A stretch of DNA of 62,111 bases, filler included, from Choristocarpus tenellus KU-1152 (lineage: Eukaryota; Protista; Phaeophyceae), in the NCBI GenBank assembly GCA_964200185.2. It is 9 parts of 9 records of this genome, joined end to end, with 100 filler letters (N's around TTAATTAATTAA, not from the genome) between each part and the next. Parts side by side here need not be neighbours in the genome. Positions count along the whole stretch, not along the records: positions 35,233 to 40,225 come from CAXNAD020012247.1; positions 40,326 to 43,245 come from CAXNAD020023650.1; positions 43,346 to 48,622 come from CAXNAD020011285.1; positions 48,723 to 55,946 come from CAXNAD020006510.1; 5 more parts are not named here. One strand, written 5' to 3'. The stretch's first letter is position 1; each line of letters begins with the position of its first letter. A program made the translations under genes and the position numbers. This document shows, one piece after another, positions 37,412 through 50,482 of this stretch. Below the pieces are notes generated by a model. The model saw only the letters and a list, made by a program, of their open reading frames with translations. It did not search any database and was not told where the DNA came from.

Positions 37412-40390
37412 TTTCTTATTTCGAATGTACTAGGTGTATTGCAGGGTATACCAAAATGCTTGGATACAACATCAACTGCCAAGGCTCCTAGCTGAGAACG
37501 CCTCCTGAAGACTGCGAGAAACATGTGATCACAAATGGGAGGAAAAAAAAGCATGAGCTCTCTTGTATTGATGTTTGAGATATAGTGACAGGAAGATCTA
37601 TGGGATATTTCAAATTCCGTTCACGAGGAAACTCTTCTTCCAAGACAGAACAGACTTGAAATGCTGGTAGACTGCACCTGTAATTCTGATGCACTGTCCG
37701 GAGTGTCAAAGTAAGGCAATTTGTGTTCTCCTTGCAAACACAGCCCTACCTTTATGAATGGCTTCCTTCAAGTAATCGGACATCTTGCTTTTTTGGAAGG
37801 CAGGGAATTAGAAGGTAGAAATTGTGCTCTTCATTGCAGTGGATTGATTCGAAATTGTTCGCAGTATTGCAGCAGCTCCCTCCCCTTGTTCGGATCAAAT
37901 CAAGTTACTCGCGCTTGCACGTGCAGTTTATTGAAGTTTATAGAATGAATGTGTATGTTACTGGCTCTATGAAACGTTCAAGAAGTTCTATTGGTACACA
38001 TACTCCTTTTTGTATCATACATTATTTTGTTTCTTCAAAGCATTTTTTTAAATCTATCAAAATCGAGTTTTAACACACAACGCCTCAAACTCTGACATGG
38101 TAAACACAGAGGGAAGATATATCAATATTATATATATCACATAATGCTGTGATTGGGGCGATTTAATTCCTACGATTCAATTAAACCCCGATCAACCAAA
38201 ACCAGAAATTGAGTAGATGCGCCCTCCGATCACGGTTCTGGGTGATTTGTGTGCCTCTGTATGTCGACCAGAAGTACATTTCGATAATAATAGTCGAAAC
38301 CATTGAAGTATTTCGAGCGAACTAAACTTGTTCTCACGAACGTTTCCGATTCGCAACACAAGTTTACACTTCACCGTAGAAACAAATCAGCAATGCACCG
38401 TACTGAGGAGTGTATCGCGGAAGGAGAAGGTCGACTATTTCTAGATTTTTTAAATGTCGTAGATAGTTCTCAAACACACATGTGTTGAGGATCACTTTAG
38501 CAATCCTTCTTAGAACATCAACATCCTATATACTCTGGAACAGATATTGTAGCCTGTGGGATGATCAAAGTTTCAATTAGATGCGTAGTTGCCTTACAAT
38601 GTTCGAGCAGTGTGCTACTACTCCTTATTCCTGTTGTGAAGAAATCTCGAGGGATTGGTAGCTTGCTTGGTGTTGGCCGTTCCTCCTGGACTGACAACCA
38701 AGAGCAATATAGGAAAATCACTCTCATGATGGCAATGTCCTTCACTGTAGTATAAACTTTCCATATTGTACAGTACTACATAGAGAGTTTCTAGAGGTAT
38801 ACAGTTATTGACCCTCAGGGATCTTTGCACCCCCTTCCATACATTTGCTTCCTCCTTTTCAATAGCTCACTGACTTCATGCAGCTTTGATGAATGGCGCG
38901 AGTCCTGTCCGTTTTAGCCTTCACTATGTCATGTTTCATTGTACACTTTCAATGTACACAGTCAACCTGTACTGTTAGAGTCGGGGTTAAGATAATGCCT
39001 GTGATTTATTCTCACACAACCCAAACTCTTTGTTCACTGTTGCTTAGAAAGCAATAAAGAGGCCATCCACTTTTTATACGAGGACAGTGAAGAAAAAAGT
39101 GCCGCCTCTCCTTTTACCTACTTGTGGTATCATCACAACAGCGCGCTGAACCTACAAAATATCTTACACGGTATAATTGGGAACACATCAGCAATGCATT
39201 CATAAGTATGTATGAACGGATGTGCATTTTCCCACCATTTCCCACCCTCAACGACTTCCTGCAAAGGTACACTGAACATGCAGTCAACATGAGAGCCATA
39301 CAAATATGCCGTCTGCAGCATGGTTTTGGTGTGCACAAGGTACAAGAGGAAACCAACTGCTCAGGGGCAATGTGTGTGTGTGTGTGTGTGTGTGATACTA
39401 ACTGAGAGGTATATTTGGCTGTGTTGCATTATAAACATTTTTTTACCTCTGCAAAATACACCCTATTTTTCGTGTTTCACTTGCAGAATTGCAGTCTCCA
39501 AAAAGGAGGAGAGTATCACTTCAGAAAAGAGGCCAAACACAAACCCCCACCACATTTGAGCAAAAAGGACCTTTTTGTAATTTGCAAAACAATGTGTTCT
39601 GGTCATTCCCAGGGACCCTAATAATGCAACCAGCTACACTTCTCGAATAGCGTAAATATGCAGTAAACCACCGAAAAATAGAGACACAGGATGAACCAAC
39701 AACATAGATCCTAGACTGACCTTGCTTTAAAATGTTCAGGTTTCCCTGGAGATGCACCCATTTTCGCCTTAGACTTAGAAGGGAGCACATGGTATTGGTC
39801 TTAGTTTAGGGTTAGGGATAGACTGAATGAGACAGTTGTTAGTTTAGAGGGGTTTTTGAGCCAAGACTACCACCAGCTACTGCCAATTGCATGGGAGAGC
39901 CCTATTCTGAGCCCTTTTCGGAGTTCACTAATCAGTCAGATTTTCTCCAAGATAGTGGCGAAGTAACCAATCCCCCCCCCCTCCAATCCTTTCTCATTGG
40001 TTAAGTAGCACAACTTGTCAATGGTGCTAATTGGTCAGCTTCCACCTCAACACGGGGCCCAACACCTTCCTCTGGGCTGCAATATATTACCTTTGTACAA
40101 ATTGTAGTCTTTTTCTTGACCAAAGCCTTCCTCTGGGTGGGAATACATCAAAACATGTACAAATTTCATTGCTGTCATTGGTCAGAGTGGACGGCTTTGG
40201 TTACCCTGCAAGTTCTTACCCCAGANNNNNNNNNNNNNNNNNNNNNNNNNNNNNNNNNNNNNNNNNNNNTTAATTAATTAANNNNNNNNNNNNNNNNNNN
40301 NNNNNNNNNNNNNNNNNNNNNNNNNCCCCTCCCCATCCCCCTCCCCCTCCCCCTCCCCCTCCCCATCCACCTCCCCCTCCCCCTCCCCAC

Positions 40391-40516
40391 CTGCACAAAC
40401 GGAGTCTCGACAATCTCTGTTTCGAGTTCAGAGATGTCCTTTCCCTCTTTTGTGAGCATCTGTCGAGTGTAATCATCCATCTCCGGATTGGCCGGGTCGA
40501 TATTGAAAGGCGATCC
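40391..40516 (-). CDS. Isolated internal exon of an unidentified protein-coding gene
   Basis: Polypyrimidine tract plus CAG acceptor, GT donor, 126 nt open: GSPFNIDPANPEMDDYTRQMLTKEGKDISELETEIVETPFVQ. Confidence 0.6.
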
Positions 40517-40768
40517 CTGAGCAAAAAAAGTGAAATGAGCATTCACACCACGCCATGTGGAGAGATGTGGGTAGGCAAGGAGAGATGTGGGTAGGCAAGG
40601 AGAGATGTGGATGTGGAGAGATCAGACAAAGACTACCGTACGCATCCCATCCACCCCACCCACCTACCCACTTCCCCAAAAAGGATGTAAGCAGGAGGTG
40701 TTTTGGGTTTGCGTGCATATATGTCTGTGGAATTAAAAAAGGAAAATAGCAACAGACTGTGGGGAGGT

Positions 40769-40808
<40 letters not shown>

Positions 40809-41348
40809 CGGCTGTCATCGCATGCTTGGGGGGAGGGGGAAATCAAGAGGTGGATAGATGGATCAATAATAAACATAGTCATACATATTTTATTTAATTA
40901 CATTCAGGCCGGTAGTCAGGAAAAAAAAAAAACTAAGCAAAAAAAGGAGAAAAATAAGAATAAAATAATACATGATAGAAAAACAGAATACGAGATCATT
41001 CACAAACTCAAAAATAAAATAAAATAATACAGGACAACACAACCCTCACATACCACATCTAAGCGATGTATGTATATGTACACCCTTGTCTGATAAGTGT
41101 TCTCTCCTTTTTTTATCAGACAAGGGTGCACATATACATACATCTGTAGAGTGCGTTTACTTTTGAAGACAAATATTTCTTATTTCTTATTTCTTTTTTC
41201 TTATGTAACGATCCATCATCCACCGCCTTCTACACTCTACAACTACCAACAACAGGTTTTAGAAGATCAAACCAATGCATGAAGCAATAATAACATTAAT
41301 AACAATCCTAACAATGAACAATATTAATATTGATATTACTAACAATGC

Positions 41349-41381
<33 letters not shown>

Positions 41382-41564
41382 TAACAAACAAATTGGTTGC
41401 GGGGCACTGTCCTGCACAGCAAAACAATGCTTCATGGTCACCCCTGGTGTGAGACCCTGGCGTGAGACGAAAACAATGCATTGTTACCCAGAACCTGAAT
41501 TTCATGCAATGAAATGAATGTCATTGTCCTGCCAAAAAAAGACTGAAACAATCTAACACAGGGG

Positions 41565-41751
41565 ATTGATAGCTTGATAGATTGATGGATTGATGGATTG
41601 ATGGATTGATAGCTTGATAACTTGATAGCTTGATGGATTGATAGCTTGATAACTTGATAGCTTGATGGGTTGATAGCTTGATAGATTGATGGATTGATAG
41701 CCTGATAGCTTGATGGATTGATAGCTTGATGGATTGATAGCTTGATAGATT
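41565..41751. repeat. 8-bp-unit satellite (ttgatagc / ttgatgga variants)
   Basis: Directly visible, about 23 units. Confidence 0.9.
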
Positions 41752-41904
41752 GACCCCTCACAAGGTGTACAATTCCACCTTACAATTAAACCTTCAACAC
41801 ACAACACAACCACTAATGAAACACAACCAGTTAATAAAGAAACGCCTCCATTAGAAAGGCGTTACTGTACAAAAACAACAAAAAAGAGCAGTCATGATCA
41901 CCCT

Positions 41905-42197
41905 CAGTAATATTATTATTATTATTGTTGTTATTCAACACTAATAATAACAGTAATATTCAACAATAATAATAATAATAAACATACTTTCCCTCTTCAG
42001 CACCGCCTCCAACAGTAATATTATTATTATTATTGTTGTTATTCAACAATAATAATAACAGTAATAATAATAATAAACATACTTTCCCTCTTCAGCACCG
42101 CCTCCAACAGTAATATTATTATTATTATTGTTGTTATTCAACAATAATAATAACAGTAATATTCAACAAACAATATCAGCACCGCCTCCAACAGTAA
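41905..42197. repeat. AT-rich tandem repeat, about 3 units, with a self-complementary (TAT)n/(AAT)n core
   Basis: cagtaatattattattattattgttgttattcaaca...cagcaccgcctccaa, repeated. Confidence 0.85.
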
Positions 42198-45100
42198 GAG
42201 GTAGCTCAGGCTATAAAAGCACAAGATGGTTATCAACTTCTCATCACTTGCTGTGAGAATCTTGCAAAAACCTACTTACTATCACAAGGTCGCCCTCAAA
42301 TAAACATCAGCAAAATCGGACCCAATCCATCCATACCTCGTCCACACCACCTGCCTACCACAGGCCTGTAAGAAACGCCTTCCCAATTCTATACTTTTCA
42401 CCATCCAAGTAAACCGAACTGAATGCCAATCAGAGCCTTTAAACGCCTTCCCAATTCTACACCTATCTACACCAGCCTTTCGATGTTCATACCGTTTGTC
42501 TAACTACAACAAAAAATCACAGAAGTTATCGTGGGAATAAAAAATTTCCACGAGGTGTAGCACCAAGCAGCAGGTCTCAACTGCCAACCTCCTCCCCCGC
42601 CTCCTCACATACCATGAACTGCTAATTCCATTCACAACCACCACGTACAAAACTCTAACCAGTGTGTGACATACATAACAGCCCCTCTTATAACAGGGCC
42701 CCTCACCAGGTCTGGGATGGGAACCTCTCCTTTCTCACTGCACACAACCCAGAAGAAACCAACACACAATACCATAGGATGAAATAACTTTTTTTTTCGG
42801 CTACAAATCGGTCACAGGTACAAACAACCCCCCCCCCCTAACCCTAATTTTTTTTTTCATAATCACCCGATGCAAACCACCCAGAAAAAATGAAAACATT
42901 TTTTGAAAAATCTTCTCGCCCTACACAAAAAAATATATACATACATAGAAGTACATACATAAAAGAAAAAAAAGAATATATATATATATATATATCAGCG
43001 AACGCAAGCGATTCCAAGATGTTGAGGGACCTGGTGCATCAGTGTGACATTTTCAGGTACACATATACTGCCAATACACACAAACAACGACAAGGGAACA
43101 AATATAATTAATATAATTAATATAATTAATACATGCAATACTTGATATATCTGACTCTTGTCAATTCTAGATTCGCTTTCCTGGACCTGCACGCACTACA
43201 TGCCAGAAAAAAAAAAAGATTCAAGCAATGAGAGAACCCCCTTCCNNNNNNNNNNNNNNNNNNNNNNNNNNNNNNNNNNNNNNNNNNNNTTAATTAATTA
43301 ANNNNNNNNNNNNNNNNNNNNNNNNNNNNNNNNNNNNNNNNNNNNATATCGACACTTTATCCCAGTCAATTTTGGGTCAAAACCATCCTCAATGAGAAGC
43401 TCCATCCTCAATTTTTGAAATCGGCTGTTAAGTGTCTAGATAAACATCAAAAGCTGAGGAGGCTAGTATTGTGGAGTTCGATTAATTGATAAAGATATAT
43501 CTACAGGGTGCGTAAACTCACGAACGAGTATTGTGCTCTTCGTGGAGTTGCTTCTGTGCGAAACATTGGTAGATAGAGGATGTATGTTGGGGGGCGGTAG
43601 GTGCTCTGTCCACACAATACAAATAGATAGGAAGGTCGATGCATATTACGAGATAATCTTGGATATGTGCCACATACCCGAAGGAGTTGACTTGTCCTCC
43701 GTGTTGGGTTGGTGGTGATCAACCCAAATTGTGAACAAAACAAAAAGAAGAAAAAAATGCAACGAATTTGTTCGTGGGCAACATAACTGCTTTCTCAGCA
43801 GGCAGACCCTGCCTGTTCAAGACAACAAAATAAAGTGCTCTCTGACCCCATTACCGAAGCACTAGTTCATTTGGAGAGCGAGCTGCTTCCAATCCTTTGT
43901 TGTGGGCCAAGGACACCCTGTGCTGTCAATGCCAAGACAAGTGGTTTGCTGGCTAGCCTCAAGGCTATTGCCCGTCAATGTCCTGTCAGATCAAAGCAGG
44001 AATCACAATCGGGCAGACATGCATGCAGGGGGCGTAGATTAAAGCTTCAAGGTGGCCATCTACCCAAGGCTAGGTGTAGGCGGTCTGAGCGGAGGACACA
44101 ATGGGTTCATCGTTCTACTGTTTAGTAACATGTCGGTTTTGTCAAGGTTTGAAGCAAGCAAGAATATCCTCTGCAGAAAGTCGTGGTTGAACACAATTCG
44201 GAGTACAAATGATTGGATAACAAGCAATTGCAGTAGGTGGGAACAGCAATAATCAAACTTTGAAGAAGCTCTACCAACATCAAGTATCCACATTAGATTT
44301 CCTCCCCCTTATCTTCATTTCCTTCTGCCACCATCGATTCTTATTCATCGCTCATCCCTAGTCCCAACCGCTCATTATTCTCAAACCTACTCCACAGGAA
44401 AAATGGAAATTTCTTGCAAAGCATTTCATTTATTTCCTTGAACGCATTATTCATCAGTTTGATTATATATCGTTTGCTCCTCACATAGATACTATGCCCC
44501 CTACAAGTACACAATCAAATGAAAAAGAGGAGCAAAATGACTCATATTAACTGAGAGGAATAGATGCACGTTATGGACATTTTGTTGCAGGCGATATATC
44601 GTGATGGCGGTTTCATAAACACCATTATGACCTTGAAGTAAGTCCTAGATTTGATATATTTGTACTTCTTGACTATTTATTTATTATTTAGTTATTATCA
44701 TACGCCCACATGGTACATCGGTGCCAGTCCCTTTTTATATGATGATATTGACGATACTTATGAAGGGAATAATCCAAGTGAGAGATCCAGCATATTTCAC
44801 GACTTGTGCATCAGGAGTCCTATACGTGCATCAGCGTCATCTATAGACCTGTAAATTGGAGCTATACACCCTTTGGAGGTAAGCATCTGGAGCGTGGTGT
44901 AACAATTTTGCATTATGTCCTCATTTTTCATACCCAGTGCAATATATTATATTTTCGTGTTCTATGAGGACAATAGAAACATCCACAAAGGTGTAACTTA
45001 AGGTTAACCCTAACCCTAAGCCTGAGTCAACTAACTTCATCCACCTTGAGTGTCTTCTGTAATGGCATCCCGCAGTAAATTGTACTCTTGTGAGTGCTGG

Positions 45101-45382
45101 TACAAGTGCAAAACACTAAGAAACAGTTTCATGTACATACGGTTTCACTATCCTGTAGGACAACCAGCGACGATGTATTTTAATATAAGAGGAATAGTTT
45201 GTCAGATGGAAGTGGTGGTTTCATCTTACTCAGCACAGTGATGAGCAATTACGAGGGAGTCTGTCACATTTTATGAGGAGAGCTACCCTTAAGGTAATTA
45301 ATTCAGTCTTGTCCTGGACCTATCCCCATTCCAAAAGTCAAGCAATGAGCCCCATTTCGAACGAGCTCTTAACATGGAAACT

Positions 45383-45641
45383 GAGTCAAAGTAAACCGAA
45401 ATTTGCAGGTTTGCATTTTAAGAATGCTGACAAACCTTTGCAAATTTCGGGGGGGTTGTAAAAACGCATGCGGGTTATTTTCTTGATTCTGTCGATATTT
45501 TCCAAGCAATAGAGAAACTAACTTTCTCAAATCAATCTTAGCAAATCATTCGTAGAAATATGGGTGAATTGGAAAAGATTATAATAGTGGCGTAAAATGC
45601 AAAACGGCCAAAACCTGGGTACCTCTAGTTTACTTCGGCTC
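45383..45641. mobile_element. MITE family C, TSD aact
   Basis: gagtcaaagtaaac...cctgggtacctctagtttacttcggctc, flanked by aact/aact. Confidence 0.85.
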
Positions 45642-46586
45642 AACTACATTCAGGATGACCAGTCATTCTTAGCTTGTCTCCACTGTTGCTTGCTACAGGA
45701 ACCGTGTCATGACCCACCCTGATCATGTTTTTGATGAAGGTAGGAGGACTAGGAGGTGCTTCAGTGCTCATTGAGGGATCCTGACTACGTGAAGTTGTGA
45801 TGGTGAGAAAAGTAGCTGTTCAAATAAGCAACGGTATTCACTAGAAAAACGCCCACTCCAAGTTTATTAGATTCCCATTCGAATTTCAGTTCAACTTGTT
45901 CAGGCTTCCCTACAGCAGTGTCATGGAACACTTACCTTCAACTACAGCAACTAGTTGGGGAGAGATTGTCAGAAAAATTGAGAAATAACTTTGACTAAAA
46001 CGCCTTCATCTGTCATAAAACAAACATATGAAACTCCCAGCGACACATATAGTCGGCACGTTATTCGAGTGTTTCTACGTCCTAGCATTACAGATTTCAG
46101 TACGGGTGCCAGAAGGGGAAAAGTGATACTGACGAAGTTGTAGGACAAATCTATCTTAGCCATCATATATGGTCAAAGGAATTTTGTCGGGTGTTCAGCA
46201 TAACGGCATACAATATATTATGTCTTTCAATGCAGGTGAACCTTAAGTATGTCGTCAGAGTCAGATACAATCTCTAGATAATGAAATCACAGAAGATACT
46301 CAAAATTGTAGCGCCTACCACTGAAGTACACACAACAAGGAGATTGAATGCAAACTTTGTAGCCAAACGGTCGACAATGAGAATTCCCAATGCTTACACA
46401 AATGGTTTACTGATTCGGTTCCCTCCAGTTTCTTACTTACTCTAACTTCGTGTATAGTTAGTTACAACTTCATTTACACCTGCTGCGCACAAGGTGGTTG
46501 ATAGGTTTGGGACATAACTGGCTGACTGGATGAGGATGAATGAGGGATAATGACTAGAAGAGCAGCAACAGACCGCTTCATAATAA

Positions 46587-46660
46587 GGAGATGTGGCTCA
46601 GTTGGTTAGCGCTTAGGTCTCATAAGCCTAAGGTCGATAGTTCGACCCTCTCCATCTCCG
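46587..46660 (+). tRNA. trnM: tRNA-Met(CAT), elongator type, copy 1 (T-stem mismatch; possibly a pseudogene)
   Basis: Acceptor stem GGAGATG/CATCTCC, anticodon arm TAGGT-CTCATAA-GCCTA, T-loop TTCGACC, followed by TTTT. The T-stem GATAG/CTCTC carries a mismatch. Confidence 0.8.
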
Positions 46661-47174
46661 TTTTAGCTTCAGCTAACTGAATCCCGCCACTACGTCATAT
46701 TTCTCATCACATCTCGGACACTATTTGATCGGATGCACTCGTGATCTACCTTATGTTCTTGTTATGTTAAAAATAGAGAGAACTCTCTCTGATCCAATCA
46801 CGTGGTACGTTCCTGCACAGTAAATAAAATGTAGCACTAAATTAGACCCAAATCGATGCTACAAAGAGATATTAGACAAAACTACGGATTGCATCAAGCG
46901 TACCACCACTGAAGTACACACAACAAGGAGATTGAATGCAAACTTTGTAGCCAAACGGTCGACAATGAGAATTCCCAATGCTTACACAAATGGTTTACTG
47001 ATTGGGATCCCTCCGGTTTCTTACTTACTCTAACTTCGTGTATAGTTAGTGACAACTTCATTTACACCTGCTGCGCACAAGGTGGTTGATAGGTTTGGGT
47101 CATAACTGGCTGACTGGATGAGGACGAATGAGGGATAATGACTACGAGAGCAGCAACAGACCGCTTCATAATAA

Positions 47175-47248
47175 GGAGATGTGGCTCAGTTGGTTAGCGC
47201 GTAGGTCTCATAAGCCTAAGGTCGAGAGTTCGAGCCTCTCCATCTCCG
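47175..47248 (+). tRNA. trnM: tRNA-Met(CAT), elongator type, copy 2 (best-formed)
   Basis: GGAGATG TG GCTC AGTTGGTTA GCGC G TAGGT CTCATAA GCCTA AGGTC GAGAG TTCGAGC CTCTC CATCTCC G, then a TTTT Pol III terminator. It has A and B boxes and lacks initiator hallmarks (A1:U72, three G:C anticodon pairs). Confidence 0.9.
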
Positions 47249-47762
47249 TTTTAGCTTCAGTTCACTGAATGCCACTACTACGTCATATTTCTCATCACAT
47301 CTCGGACACTATTTGGTCGGATGCACTCATGATCTACCTTATGTTCTTGTTATGTTAAAAATAGAGAGAACTCTCTGTGATCCAATCACGTGGTACGTTC
47401 CTGCACAGTAAATATAATGTAGCACTAAATTCGACCCAAATCGATGCTACAAAGAGATATTAGACAAAACTATGGATTGCATCAAGCGTACCACCACTGA
47501 AGTACACACAACAAGGAGATTGAATGCAAACTTTGTAGCCAAACGGTCGACAATGAGAATTCCCAATGCTTACACAAATGGTTTACTGATTCGGTTCCCT
47601 CCAGTTTCTTACTTACTCTAACTTCGTGTATAGTTAGTTACAACTTCATTTACACCTGTTGGGCATAAGGTGGTTGATAGGTTTGGGTCATGACTGGGTG
47701 ACTGGATGAGGATGAATGAGAGATAATGAGTACGAGAGCAGCAACAGACCGTTTCATAATAA

Positions 47763-47836
47763 GGAGATGTGGCTCAGTTGGTTAGCGCTTAGGTCTCATA
47801 AGCCTAAGGTCGATAGTTCGAGCCTCTCCATCTCTG
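47763..47836 (+). tRNA. trnM: tRNA-Met(CAT), copy 3 (G1:U72 wobble and T-stem mismatch)
   Basis: Same cloverleaf as copy 2, but the 3' acceptor strand is CATCTCT and the 5' T-stem is GATAG. Confidence 0.75.
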
Positions 47837-48180
47837 TTTTAGCTTCAGCTAACTGAATCCCGCCACTACGTTATATTTCTCATCACACCTCGGACACTAT
47901 TTGATCGGATGCACTCATGATCTACCTTATGTTCTTGTTATGTTAAAAATAGAGAGAACTCTCTGTGCTCCAATCACGTGGTACGTTCCTGCACAGTAAA
48001 TAAAATGTAGCACTAAATTAGACTCAAATCAACCCCACAGATTCTAACCAGTAACCACAGTGTCAAGCATAACTATCGATTGTTGTAACTAACGCCAGAC
48101 ACCACCATCCCTCCTGTTGTACCTGCGGTTCATATAGTCAAGAACTAGTACTATTGAGTTGATGAGTAGCACAGAACGAA

Positions 48181-48440
48181 GATCCAAAGTATCTTAGGGT
48201 TAGTGTAGAGCCGCGTAGTTTTGGCGGTTAGTATACAATGTTGCGATTTTGATGCATTTTTCGCCATGGTGTTTGCTAGAAAATATTAATATCCACTTTC
48301 CAGACACACCTTATAACATACACACTCTACCTACTCCTAGGCATTTTGGAGTAGGAAAAAATTGTAAGAGAACCCATGGAAAGCCAATCTCCAAATGGAC
48401 AAACAGGGCAAAACTCGTACCCTCTAAGATACTATCACTC
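48181..48440. mobile_element. MITE family A
   Basis: gatccaaagtatcttag...taccctctaagatactatcactc. Confidence 0.85.
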
Positions 48441-50482
48441 AAAGTTTGTGTACATTGGCAAGCAAGGTCCTGCCCTGAATGTCTTCATCATCCGAGATAG
48501 ACGGGCTTGTCTATACTTGTGTTTTCTCCATACATAGAATAGGCACAGTCATTTCTCTTTCGTGGCACATTCTCCCTCCCTTGTTGGGTAGACATCGAAC
48601 CCCCCCACTGGCACATCCCCCCNNNNNNNNNNNNNNNNNNNNNNNNNNNNNNNNNNNNNNNNNNNNTTAATTAATTAANNNNNNNNNNNNNNNNNNNNNN
48701 NNNNNNNNNNNNNNNNNNNNNNATTCGAACTGAAAGATGTGCATGTTAGGTATCCTGTGGTCATGCCCCCCCCTGCTTGGCTTGTAACTTCAGTAAGAGA
48801 GCCTCGTTTGTCCTGTATCTTGTTGTGCAGCCCTTACTTTAGGCTCTCCTTTAGAAGGGCAAGAAGATGCATGCTGAGTAAATGATCAAATATAACAGTG
48901 ATATAGAAGTGATGCTTCAAAAGCATTTATTTCCTTCAAGGTTATAGCACAAAACCAAATGGGCATGAAACTCAGGGTAAGAGTCACTGTAGAACAGGCA
49001 GTCAAGGACACCTATGAAAACTGACATTCCTACTAGATACACTATTATTTCTAAAAGTTGCAGTTAGATATTGTGTGTCAAACAAAGCATCATTACACCA
49101 TGCATTGAACTAACGTGAGTTAACCGATCAACTGTTGTTGCACTACAACTAGTTTGCCCTGCTTCTCGCATGATGGGCACAACCATGCCAATATCTTGAT
49201 GGCTGTAGATCATAGATTTTTCTTGTGGATGTGAATCGTCTGTCCTCCTCCCGCGTGGTGCACACTATTCAGTTTTTGTATCTTGTAATCATCAGCAACA
49301 AATGGCTCAAGATAGGTTGAACACGCCGTTAAACCAACTTCTTCGAGGTATCACGCAGAGTGAAACGCAGGATATATCGCCACAGTGTACTGTGTTGTTT
49401 AGTTTCTTGTGGGAATCATGTCGAGGCCATCTCGTTTGTCATCCACGTTGATCCTTTTTGTTACCTAGAATTTCCTCTCCGCCACAAAACAATGATGGCT
49501 GTAGATCTATGACACCAGCATCCATTTCTAACCCTAACCTTAACCCTAACCCTTTGAGTCTTTCAGACCTTCCAAAGCGTTGGGATGGCCTTGAATGTTT
49601 CTCTCAACGTTGTCAGCAACTCGCTTCATCGAGGCATTTTGTTACTTCGAAGCAGTTTCAGATTCCCTTCCCTTTATTTTAACCAGCGTCAGATTCTTTC
49701 TTTTGATGATATCGGATATCTGTTGACCGATGGGTGGCCCTACAATGTGATTCTAAGGGTCTGACAGGGAATTTCAAATGAAGGTCTTGGTTCCAACCTT
49801 ATTTGCAACCTTTTCATACCCCTTCAAAATTTGACATACATGAAATATTTGAATTGACCAATTAATTAGAGTTCGCTCTATAGATGTGAAATCGGATCGA
49901 AAACATTTATTGATGGGAGTGGGTTTGAACTTTTGATGAAATAAATGTCCAGATCACTACAATTAATCTCTTATTTTTTTACCAAAGTTAGCATGTTACT
50001 GGTTGTGTGGTTGATCTATTATTAACATCATATAATTACATCATATAATCGTACAAAAAATAGTACAACAGTATTAGTAGTAGTGGTGGTATTATATTGA
50101 TTAGTAATTACAAAAAAGAAGTGTTTTTGTTGAAATATTAAGGGGTATATGTTTGTTGTATTGAGTGTTGAACGTTGAATTAACGGTATGATGTATGATC
50201 TGTGAATGATGTATCTGTTGGGTGTTTGGATATTTGGTAGAATAACATATTATTTGTGGGTGAGGGTCCTTAGCATTCTTATATTCTTTACTACATCTTT
50301 ACTACAATACTATTTTGTCACCTTAACACATTTTCTCCTTTCTTGTAAACGCAACTTTGGTATTCAATATTGACCCTCAAGGTTACTCCTTCCTTGACAG
50401 GTCGGTTCCAAGTTCCAACTCTGGAGTTCTCCTCTCTATCTCCAATCCCTATCCCACAACAGAGCTCTAGGTCTCTGCGGTG

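Larger units (their letters stand above)
46317..48030 (+). repeat. Tandem array of about 2.9 x 588-bp units, each carrying one tRNA-Met gene
   Basis: Units begin accactgaagtacacacaacaagg at about 46317, 46905 and 47493. The tRNA starts are 46587, 47175 and 47763 (period 588). Confidence 0.95.
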
